DNA from: Antedon mediterranea
Lineage: Eukaryota > Animalia > Echinodermata
Length of the DNA: 64,000 nucleotides
Assembly: GCF_964355755.1 (NCBI RefSeq)
Contig: NC_092673.1
Coordinates: forward strand, 21,821,648-21,885,647
Reading direction: 5' to 3'
This document shows, piece after piece, positions 1 through 11,000 of the stretch; position 1 is the stretch's first letter, and each line of letters opens with the position of its first letter. The notes beneath the pieces were generated by a model. The model ran no database searches. It saw nothing but the letters and a program-made list of their open reading frames with translations, and was not told the DNA's origin. The position numbers and the translations under genes are program-made.

Positions 1-3000
1 TCCTTTACTGGAATAACAAACTCTATAAAAAAACACAACATAAATAAATTAATTTCATTTCCATTCATTTAATCATCAACAAACATATATTCTTTCAATT
101 TCAATACAAAATAAAATGAAGATTAATAATTAATTAAAAAGGCCAAAAAAGTAAAAAGTTAGAACAGAAAACAAAAACACAATATGAAATAAATTAATTT
201 AATTTCCATTCATTTAATCAACTAAACATTTATTCTTTTAGCTTCAATACAACACAAAACAAAATTAAGATTACTAATGAATTGAAAAGGCAAAGGCCAA
301 AAAACAGTTAACAGAAAACATTCTAGGCCAGCCTAAAGAAACGAATATTATTTGAACTATGGAATTTCTTTGAGATGGTTTTAAGTTTGTAATAAACATA
401 AGCAGTGGAGCACTGTTGTTAAAAACATACTAGGTAAGATTGAGCCAAGTATAGAGATATGATAGCGTACTATAATAATAATATCTCTTTTGGTCAAGTC
501 ACACTATACTAGTAGAGCACTATTATACAGAACTAGAATATATATAGTATAAATCTGGTCATGCTTTTTTTCCTGTGAGTGAGTGGCAAGGCGGGTAAGA
601 CAGTGGAAACATAATTACATAGCCATAACATCAGCAAGGGTTCAAGGCTCACTCGCTCTATGGTTCTGGTAGTAGAACAAGTCTTCTCGGATAAGGACTA
701 TAAACCATAGGTCCAGTGTACACACATTGCTCATGTGCACTTTAAAGAAACTAGTACATCTTTTGAGACGAGTAGGGGGTTACGTCGGTGTACTAGTTCA
801 CAAACCAAGTCACTGTTGTGGACAGTTGTAATGTCGCCGTAATTGGCTGTCGGTGACACGATGGGACGCTTAGGGGAGAAGAATGTTGTTTTTAATTTTT
901 CTTATTGAATACAAAGAATAGGAATGATTGAATATTACTTACTGAGTAAAACTTGGATTAGGATTGAGAAATGAAGAGATGGTTTCCTACCATGCTGGCA
1001 AATAAGCATCAAACATGCTGCTGCTGTCCTCCTAGTGGCAGCAGACGGTTTGTGTAAGTTAGGATAAAACACTTTCATCAAGTCCTGGGAAGAAAAATGA
1101 TTTAAAGAATTTCTACAGCCTATTTAAAGATTTAACATCATGTTAAATATAAGAAAATGAATGCGATTTTAGGTCTAATACCCTTTTCACATCTGCATTG
1201 TTACAACTTGTAACTATAGTTGTAACCACTACCAATTTGTTACATACGTTTTCATACTATTATTGTATATACACGAACCATGAGAAATCTCGGGAGAAAG
1301 AAAAGTTGCCCGCTATTTGATTACTATGATTGGTCAGTTTAATACCAGGACAAAACATGCGCACGCAATAACAACTCAGGGCATCTCTGAACAAAAACAG
1401 GTCTCTCATCGGTGTGTTTTTCTCCCGAGATTTCACAATGGAAAATTTTCTTCACACTATGCAAATTTGGTTACAAGTTGTAACTTTTTGCACGTGTAAA
1501 AAGAGTGTTACTTACCTTCACTTCAGTATCTGTAAGGAAACAACCAAGAACAGGAAGAACCTTATGCATGAAGCTAGCAAGGGTTTCCTTAAAAATAAAA
1601 CCACGAAACTACATGTTAAAACAAAATACGCAGCAATAAACACACAACAACATACAAGCCCACAAAGTAGAATACATACAATGGTTTTAATGGCCTAATA
1701 TTTGTCAACTCATTAAACAACTTCTCATTATCAAACACTTGAACTTATCATCTCAATATTCTACACAGAATAAAAAAATGATGCATCAAGGAATACGTGA
1801 ACATCACATTGATCAACATGCTAGGCTAACCAACTGCTTGAAGGAGTTGGTGGATATAATTTATTATATAACACCTAAACAAATTCCTGTCATTTTATTG
1901 GACGATTGTGGGTCACATGACCTGCAATAGTATGCACGTATAATCTCTCAACTCATGAATAAGACAACCGTGGATTCAACATTTATCAATAATAATATTA
2001 ATAATAATAATAATAATAATAATACATTTATATAGCACCTTTTTAATAAATAAATAAATAAATAAATAAATAGAATAGTAATAATCAGAATATGAAACAT
2101 ATATTTAAATAATTTTTATATATGGCCTAGCATAAGAGTTAAAACAATTTATTAGTATATCAATAAGCGAGTAAATAATATCTTAGACCTACTTTAAAAC
2201 TTTGGATCATAAAAGAAGCACGATTACAGAGATACATTACAACATTAAAACCTGAAAATATTCTTATTCATTGATGTGAAAGGTTAGTGTCCTAAAAAAT
2301 AATACAAAAAGCAAAAGTCTACTTTTGTTAAGCAAAACAAAGAGGATGTTTATGTAGCATTCTTACCTGGACAGATTCCTCATCGCGACGAGAAATACGT
2401 CCAATGCACGGTAACAAGTTGACAACATACGGCCTGCACTTCTGAGGGCGGATATGATGCGCCATCTCAGCAAAACGCCACATTGCTGCACGTATGGATC
2501 TACTAGGACCATTCTGTAAATATGTGTCATTATAATAACATTTTCATTATATCAAATGTTCGGTTATATTTTGGTATTATCTACATTTACATTTACTGAT
2601 AATCTTAATAATATTCACAAAGTTATTCACCTTCTTAATCTCCTTATACAGTTCAATTTGTATTCTGCCAACATGATTTTCAATCAGTACCTAAAATAAA
2701 TAAGGTATAATAATAATTATACCAAGTAGAGATTTTAATAAGGGAGAGAAATAAGGAGAGACAAATATGATTTGATAGAAATATATGTGTGTCGTTTTTT
2801 AATAATTCCTATTTTCCTAGATTAGTTAGTTTTAATAAAAAATAATTTAATAATAGATAATTACTTTCTTTAAATAATTTCATACTAAAATAACATTTAT
2901 GGTAGTTAATACATTTTATTATATTATTATAATGCTAATTTATAATATACCGTATATCCTCGGGTATAATCCCACTTCGGGTATAATCCCACTTCGGGTA

Positions 3001-4660
3001 TAATCCCACTTCGGGTATAATCCCACTTCGGGTATAATCCCACTTCGGGTATAATCCCACTTCGGGTATAATCCCACTTCGGGTATAATCCCACTTCAGG
3101 TCTAATCTCACTCTCTGCTTTATGTCTGAATTCACAAACAGTTATATCCCCGGGTATAGTTCCAGTATTGAATTTTCATCTATAGCCAGTTCAGATGAAT
3201 TTTTACAAGAAATGCTTACCAATAATGTTTTTTTCCTGAACTAGGCTTTTTCCAGGTATAGTCCCACTCTACAAAGTTGGCCCAATTTTGTGTCCTAGTG
3301 GGGTGGGATTATACCAGATGAGATACAGTAATGTTAATGTTATACAACCTTGATAACTTTGTTGAGGGATTCGTCTGCCTTCATTCTGACATCAGACTCG
3401 TCATCATTACAAAGAGCTAAGAACAGCTCAAACGCTATACTGAGGAATTTAGGAAAATCGCTAATACCCCTACAAAGACAAGAAAATTAACGTTTGAAAA
3501 TAGTGTGCGGGTGGCTTCAACTCTTGTATGATACAATGATAAAACAAGAACAAAATAGGCGGAGCTGTTGTATTTCAAACAAAATAGTTTTAACAAAATA
3601 TTTTCCAAACGCAATGAACAAAGATTTTATTTTCATACATGGAAAAAAGTACTATTGAATGACCGTTCAATAGTGCGTACTATTGCACGCAATGTGACCC
3701 ACAAACGTCCAATCAAATGATAGGAATTTATTTATACACACTAAAACGATAGTACTTTGTTTCTAAATTTTTGTATTTTCTTAGGACTTTTAAAACTTAT
3801 TTTGATTATTTTTAAATTTTTTGCTAGAATTGAGAAAATTAGAGCGGCTGACAATTGTTGTATTCAAGTGTACCGTTGAGTACAGTTTTTCCGTTGAGTA
3901 CTTCTTTAACGGAGTATTTTGAGCGTTGAGATTGTTCTTAACGAAAAAGCTTTCATTGTCAACGTTTTCTATTCGAATGACTTTCTGTTGAGCACAAATT
4001 TACAATTCGAATACTGAAAAAGTACTCAACGAATCTTTACGTTGACAACGAAAGTTCCCAATTGAATACGACAATTGGTTCTAATTCTCTATTTGTGCAG
4101 TGCAAAATACTCACCGAAACGTTTGCAAAGAAATGCCATCAGCAATCGTTGTGCAATGAGCTATCCTGTCTTTCTTATTTAACGAAAGATCCTTCTTTTT
4201 TGTACTAGAATAGAAATAAAAAGAAAACAAACAAATCAGAAACACTGCTATATTAGTTTGCAAATTATTAATGAATAATGATAAATAAAGGTTTCCCTTC
4301 CTTATTTTATTATATATTACCATATCATTTATGTATTTTAAGCCTACTTACTTTACTATTTATTTAGGCTAGGCCTAGGCTATGGTAATGACCTTATTTA
4401 CCCCTTATTTTAGCCGTACAGGCCTATACATGTTCTCTATACACACTAAATTAAACCCAGAACATATGTAGGCCTAGCAAAATAAACGGGTCTGTCTGTA
4501 AATAATTCACACGGGAGAAAACTCACTTGGTCCCTGGTATAGTAACAAGGGCAGCCGTCTCTTCTGATATCACTCCATGAGTTTGACTCAGATGTCCCTT
4601 AATTGCTTCAAATGCCTTGGCAAGCCTTTCCATACTTGCAATAGAACCAGGTCTACTCAT
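1..4660 (-). CDS. HTT: Huntingtin, 5' portion (8 coding exons in window; gene continues beyond base 1)
   Basis: Exons 4660-4527, 4204-4115, 3469-3349, 2690-2631, 2513-2367, 1587-1516, 1084-943, 22-1, all GT-AG with matching phases. Translation [23 protein letters not shown]...[13 protein letters not shown]...[84 protein letters not shown]...ESVQ-ETLA...[14 protein letters not shown] matches vertebrate huntingtin N17 and the first HEAT repeats. Confidence 0.97.
575..850 (+). mobile_element. tRNA-derived SINE with Deu/Nin-type central domain
   Basis: A-box-like TGGCAAGGCGGGT and B-box-like GGTTCAAGGCTC, followed by CTCGGATAAGGACTATAAACC..GGTCC...TTAAAGAA...GAGTAGGGGGTTAC, which resembles the AmnSINE/DeuSINE core as I recall it. 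Near-full reverse copy at ~45280-45525; fragments at ~15610-15790, ~19000-19090 and ~40775-40895. Confidence 0.7.
1177..1510. mobile_element. MITE with ~40-bp imperfect terminal inverted repeats (HTT intron)
   Basis: Left end TAATACCCTTTTCACATCTGCATTGTTACAACTTGTAAC versus reverse complement of right end TAACACTCTTTTTACACGTGCAAAAAGTTACAACTTGTAAC. Confidence 0.55.
1988..2072. repeat. (AAT)n and (AAAT)n microsatellites
   Basis: Directly visible runs; another (AAT)n at ~48254-48281. Confidence 0.85.
2950..3328. mobile_element. Tc1/mariner (pogo/Tc2-like) MITE with internal 17-bp tandem array
   Basis: TA at 2948-2949 and 3329-3330. TIRs CCGTATATCCTCGGGTATAATCCCAC and (reverse complement) CTGTATCTCATCTGGTATAATCCCAC. 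Confidence 0.7.
2961..3096. repeat. Perfect minisatellite, 8 x CGGGTATAATCCCACTT (17 bp)
   Basis: Eight identical adjacent copies followed by one degenerate copy; no spacers. Confidence 0.95.
3839..4084. mobile_element. MITE-like foldback element
   Basis: TTAGAGC..ACAATTGTTGTATTCAA at the left end and TTGAATACGACAATTGGTTCTAA at the right end are inverted; internal GTTGAGTAC/GTACTCAAC inverted motifs. Confidence 0.5.
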
Positions 4661-5025
4661 TTTATTTATTTATTTTCTAAAATCATCTTATAATTAACTG
4701 ATTTTACTCCAAAAACATTCACCAGGCCTAGATATCCGATAATGGCTAGCCCAGCCTCCTTTTTTTTCCAATCACAGGATCAACTTCTTCGCAGCAGAAA
4801 GACGAAAGTGCATTCATGAATATTTATTACCTTGACTTCTTCTCATCCTGTAAATTGTGTTTTGGGTTCATAGTTCAAATAATTCATGCTTGACCGAACC
4901 ACCAATCAATCACTAAGGCAATCAAAACACACGGCTGATGTTGTGATTGTGAAACAATATTATAAATTGTTTTTGTACCTACCATATTCGTTCGATTTTC
5001 TTTGAATATAATTGATTAAACAATA
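4661..5025. promoter_or_regulatory. Probable bidirectional promoter between HTT and the TSNAXIP1-like gene
   Basis: Only 365 bp separate the divergent start codons (HTT ATG 4660; candidate plus-strand ATG 5026). CCAAT motifs at ~4768 and ~4902. TAGGCCTA-type clusters lie in both flanking first introns. Confidence 0.55.
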
Positions 5026-8000
5026 ATGGATAACGTTGTTACACTTCCATCACCAGGTAACAGTGGATGAATGTCTTGATGACTTATTCTCTGTCAAAAG
5101 TCTCGGCAGCAGGCCGCCTAAACTGAGCGTGTGGCCTAGGCTTAAACCCGGTTTTGTAACTTTTTAGTAGTAGCAAAAAAAGTAATTCTGGCCCAGTGCA
5201 ATGCCATGGCAATAGGACCCAGAACTGGTTTATTAAATACACATACCTGGCTCATGATTGAACTTCATTAAGAGACAATTTTACAAGATGTGAAAAGTGA
5301 ATATCCTGTAATATTTTAATAGAATATAGATAGGCCCTAGATGAATATATGTGGCCCTAGTTTTACTATTATATAGACTTGCCCCAAGTCTGTATTATCT
5401 TTTTTTTTATTTATTTGTTTTTATTTCGACCGCGATTTTTGTCTGAAAATACAGACTTGTGAAACACGTATAGAAATCGATTTGCAGACCGCAAACATCC
5501 GATAAGAATGACGTAGTTTATCATACCGTATTTTGCTATATGGGGCGGGCGGTATGTAAATATAGATTTCGAATCAACCAATGATCATTTTGTTTCAGAA
5601 TGAAAAAGATCGAGTACGTACAGTGCTGAATGTACGATCGAGACTGTTGAAATATAAAATCGTAATGCCAAGTTGTTTTGTTTATTAATTGTTTAGTCCT
5701 TGGCCTAGGCCTCTTTCGTAGGTCCTACTCAATTCGCACGTATGACCTGCCAAATAAAACGCCAATAAAGTAGGCCTACATACCACCACCGGCGGCACAC
5801 AACAACAGGGCTACAACACCACACAGAACAGGACAGGGTCTGGGTGGGAATTAAATCAAAATTATCTCCGCGTAATAAAATGATCCATTCAATGTTTGAT
5901 TTGCGGAGAAGCTAGCCTATCATATCACGAGTTTTCATGTTCTTGGGAAAAATCCCATCAAATGTTTACCAGACTACTATAGGCATATAGAATCATTTCT
6001 AGCCTTCAGAAACTTTCATAAAATGTACCCAAGTACACATTGTCTAAACGTAACATAGCGCATGCGCATCATCTTAGTTGTTGAGTCTTTGAAATTCTGA
6101 AATATGAATATTAAAACGGTGTACGAGTGAGTAGCCAATCGCATGCAGCTGAAACTAGTCAACCGGATAATCGTATGCACCAAGAATTCTTGGTGTCAAA
6201 CCACGTGACTTGTGCGTGTTTCCCCAGACGGAGTATCCAAAATCAAGTAGTATACGTATGAAACGCCATATGTGCCAAAATATTTATCTTTTTACTAATA
6301 TTAAGACAAAACTCCGTCTGGAACCCAGACTAACTATTATAGTATAAATTGAGTTTTTAAAAAAATACCATTTTTCAGCTCTTGGTTTTGAGGCTATGCT
6401 GTCGGCGATTAAACTGAAGGAAAGCAAGTCACCATCCTCCGATAGAATCGTTGCAGTGTTTAAAGTGTTTGACGACGTAATTCCGCACACAGGTGTTTTC
6501 TCAAAAGTTTTGGAAATCATTCGGGATGAAGTTTATGGTATTTTTTTTTTAGCTACTTTAATTTTGTGAGATTAAAAATGATTTTGAATCTTGGTCTTTT
6601 AAGTAAATTTTACCTAAATTATATGGTCATGCTAATTCACCTGGTAGGGTTCTATCATGTTTTATGATATAAAATGATGCCAAGTACCGGTACATGTTAT
6701 TAAGATGCTTTAGTAGTAAATTTAACAATATATATATTTTTCTTTCCAGAAACAAGTTAAAATTTGAATAAACTTTTCATTCGTCCACAACAAAACATCA
6801 CTTATCACAGAGGGTGGTCTTCAGTTTCGGGGAAAAACATAATTATTATTTATTTATTTCTTTCTGTGCTCTGTTCTGGGTTGACCAACTAGCGTGTTTA
6901 GCACCTGTTTGGTCTTTCCTTGCGCCCTTTTATAAATTGTTTTGTCTTCTTTGTATTGTATATGGCAGAAAAGTGAATAAAAAAAAAAAAATAATTAGTA
7001 TTTTGACAGACTTTTTTTATATTAAAAAATACATAAAACGTATAATTAAATATCACAATAACATATTATGTTAGCATGTACTGTGTATTTTATATCTTAC
7101 AACCCTACTGGGCGAAGATTAGCAAGACCAAAATTATGGGTTTTGAAATGTAACAGAAAAATGAAAATGTACTTTTTTTTTCAATTGTAAAGATGCAGTG
7201 TTTAGTGAGAGGTACACAAGTTCACAGGAGGTTGAAACATCGTACAAAACTGCAACAAATGTTGTTGTTGACCGTGGTGAAGAAACAAAAACTTACATTG
7301 AAAGAATTCCATATTTTTCGTTGGTCCAGACAGTTTTTGCACAAAGGTAACATATACTGTTATTTTGATACTATTGCCAAATTGGAATACATATGAGCAG
7401 ACTGCAATGTGTAAACTATTAATTGTTAAAATATTTTAAAAACATTTGTAAAGTAATGGTTTTTTCTTAATTACCTCCGCCAAGGAGGTTATGTTTTCAC
7501 CCCTGTATGTTTGTGTGTGTGTCTGTGAACAGCCTGGAGGCCACAGTTTTTATCCGATTCTAACCAAATTTGGACACAATGATCTATGCCCAAAAAGCTC
7601 GGACGAGTTCGAATTTGAGGGGGAAAGGTCATAGGTCAAGGTCACAACTAAAAAAAAACTATTTTACTGCCTAGAGACCACAGTTTTGATCCGATTCTCA
7701 CCAAACTTAGCCACAATGATCAATGACACATCATATAATTGTGGTTAAATTTTGAAGGGTCAGGGTCAAAGATCAAGGTCCACAAAAAAAAAAAAAAAAA
7801 ATTAATAAAAAAAAAATATAAAAAAAAAACCCTCAGTGGGACTTGAACCAGCGATCTCAACTGTGAGAGGCTGGATACATAACCATTACACCACACTGTC
7901 ACCCACAACTTTGTTGTGTGCAGTTAACATATTTACACTTAGAACTAATAAAAAAAAATGTAAAAAAAAAAATATTCAGGGGGCATTTTATGTAGGGGAA

Positions 8001-11000
8001 TTTTACAGTAGGCGGAGGTTTGTACTCTCGGAGTACCCTCTAGTTTTGATATATTTTGATTTTGTAATTCCTTGTAAGTTTATATATTATTTTATTGATA
8101 TGTGTATACCTGTTTGTACTGTAAAAAGTTCATTTTTACCTAACAACAATAATAATGTCAACAAGGCCTTGTAGAATAACACAAAATTTTGGTGAATCAA
8201 GCTATCATGTTTAAAGAAAGTTATAATAATAATTGTCTACTAATGCTACAATAGAGTATCATCCATATTTAACATTATAATCCCACCCCTAATTTAGGCT
8301 TAATTGTTAATGCAATCCCAATCCCAGTATAATCCCACCTGGAGTGATTGTTTTCACATGTTGTACCCAAGAATCCTGGGACTGTGGTATAATAAGCAAA
8401 TGTGTGAGTCGCTATATTGTTGTTGGCCAGTGGCGTAACGGCTATGAGTGCTCACTTGCTAAACCCAGGGGCCCCGGAGCTTATGGGGCTCCCTAAGCAG
8501 TACCCAGAAGAAAAACAGGCATTAAATTAATATGTCGAAAAAGGCTAAAAACGGCTGAGGCCTCCAGCATTAGAAGGCCACTTAGGGTTCCTAAATCTCT
8601 GCTTTACGCCACTGTCATTGGCATTCATTTGTAACTGTATTAAAATGTTGTGTTTAGAAATGAAGAAGTGGAAGAATTGAAGGAAGAACTGATAAGATTT
8701 GAGAGACAACTAAAAGATAAAGAAAAACAAAACATGGATGCACAATCCATCATCACGTCTCAAAGTCAACAAATTTTAAAGTTATCAAAAACAGTAGAAA
8801 ATAAGAGTCAAGTGATTGAAGGAAAAGATGACGAAATTGAAAGGTAGGTTTATTTACAAAACTTAGGATATATAGAAACAGAATAATGTCACAATTAATT
8901 CAAGAGTTGGCCAACTTTTTAATTAGTATCAGGCTTGTATGCCCTTTAAAGAACGCTGTGCATCATGTTACTACCATATATGGGCATATCACTACCATAT
9001 TTGGGCACACACACTTTTTTTGTTAAGCTAGTTTGATAGTGTAGGCAGAGCTTAAGAAGAGTAATTTGCTGTTCACTATTCCACTGTTCCAATCATTACT
9101 GGGAAAAATTTATATGGATATACATTTACAATACAGTACTTTAAGAAAAATGTTTTAAAATATTTATTTCTAGCCTGAAAGAAACAAGTTCTGATTTTGA
9201 AAAGAAAACAACGAATGATAAACGAAGGTTAGAAAACATTATTCGAAAGTTGGAGGAAAACTTGTCGGAAGAAGAGAAAGAAGTGAACTTCTTAAACCAA
9301 TACAAGAAAGGATATGATGATCTACATCAAGGTAACTAAATCGGTTAAGACCTGAGTTGGCCACTGTTTAAAGGAGGCTGTCATCAGAAAACTAGTTTGT
9401 CAAGAAGGTGCATGGCCTAAAGCTCTGTCTACACTATCAAACTAGTTGACAAGAAAAGTGGGATGTGCCAAAATATGATGGTGATATGGCCAAATATGGT
9501 AGTGATATGACATCATGTCCATATATGGGCACATCACATTTTTTTTCACATAAAGTTTGGTAGTGTAGACAGCTAAACTTCTGCAGACTAGTTTCTATTC
9601 AGTTTGCTGAAGTTTGTCAACATTTTTAGTTTCTAACTGAAACAATTTCTTTCTAGGAAAGATCCCAGAGGTCAGTTGAGAAATAAATATAATAATAATA
9701 ATAATTAATAACAAATAAACTGTTTTACTTTATTATAGCATTTATTTTTTCACCGGAAGAAGACAAGTTTCCAGGAATGCATTCAAAGAAAAAAAAGGCC
9801 GTTCTTTCTACCAAGAAGGTAAATGTTTATTGAAATCACAGTACTATTGCAAAGCATCTAGAGCCAGTCTACACTATCAAACTTTATGTGACAAAAATGG
9901 GATGTACCCATATATGGACATGTTGATGTCATATCACTACCATATTTAAGCATATCACAACCATATTTGGGCACCTTTTTGTTAATCTAGTTTGATAGTG
10001 TAGACAGAGCTTTAGTTTTACTTACTTTTACTTGCTTTTTTCTTGCTAGAATCACCTTCTGAGTAGCTATGAAGCAGCTAAAAAAATTGAACAACAGCTT
10101 TTAAAGGTGCAAAATCAAATCATAGAGGAGTTTGATTCATATTTGGAAACTCACAAAGCTGAACTGTCTTCAAAACATTTCACAGATAAAGAAACAACAA
10201 ACTTTAGTGAAGACCACCAAGAACTGAATAGAATTGATTTAGAAGTATGTATCGATAAAAAGAACTTTTACAACAAAGCTCTAACATAATTATTATAATC
10301 TTTATTGATGTACAATGTTCAATACACTATCACTGGAATTGCTTGAAAAGATGGGTGTCCTTTGGATAGGATGTGAAGCTGCTGTTATCGTATAGATACA
10401 TTGTACATACTGTTTGAAGGTTTGCATGGCGAAATCAATGTTAATAATAATATCCTGGATTTATATAGCGCCTAATGTTGTAAAACCTCCAAGCACTGAA
10501 CATTATTACCCCAGTCATTACTCCCATAATGCAGCTAGTAATCAGCGCAAAGTTGTGTTTTGATCTAACCAGGTACCCATTTATACACCTGGGTGGAGAG
10601 ATATAAAGTGTGCAGTACACCATGTGTAGTTTTGAGTTGAACTGTTTATACACATGGTGTACCGCAAACTTTATACATTGTATGATAAAGAAATGTTCAA
10701 AAAGAGTAGAGGATCATCTCCTGATCATGGTCCTGTACAAGACCAGTACTGAAGTGGTCTCTAAGTATAAAAAAGAAATAAATAAACTAAATCAAAATCA
10801 TCATTGGACATTTCGATACAATATATGATGTAATGCAACCATTTGTTCCTATCGATGGTGGTTTTCTCTTTGAGCAGCAATTGTGTTGGAGTTGACTCTC
10901 TAGTTGTATAATAATACCTCTATGTTGTTTATTTTTAATTTGCTAGCTTCAAGAAGTACAAGATCGTTTCAAGACCACCATCGGGTCACTCGCCAATGAG

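Noticed and set aside
2935-3135. CRISPR-like array or repetitive ORF ([17 protein letters not shown])
   Set aside because: Units are adjacent with no unique spacers, there are no cas genes, and the context is a eukaryotic intron. The ORF is a by-product of the 17-bp repeat.
1881-3729. Inverted ~58-bp pair (1881-1938 and 3673-3729) as a structured RNA in HTT introns
   Set aside because: More simply two diverged fragments of a dispersed repeat in opposite orientation.
4831-4847. Tiny HTT 5' UTR exon or uORF
   Set aside because: Splice-like sites exist, but such matches are common in AT-rich DNA and there is no independent support.
5599-5770. Extra coding exons of the plus-strand gene (NEKDRVRTVLNV...)
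   Set aside because: Phases do not fit the 5056-6379 junction and the segment lies within a dispersed repeat.
7833-7900. Functional tRNA gene
   Set aside because: A and B boxes are present, but acceptor and anticodon stems do not pair convincingly and it lies inside a repeat. Treated as tRNA-derived.
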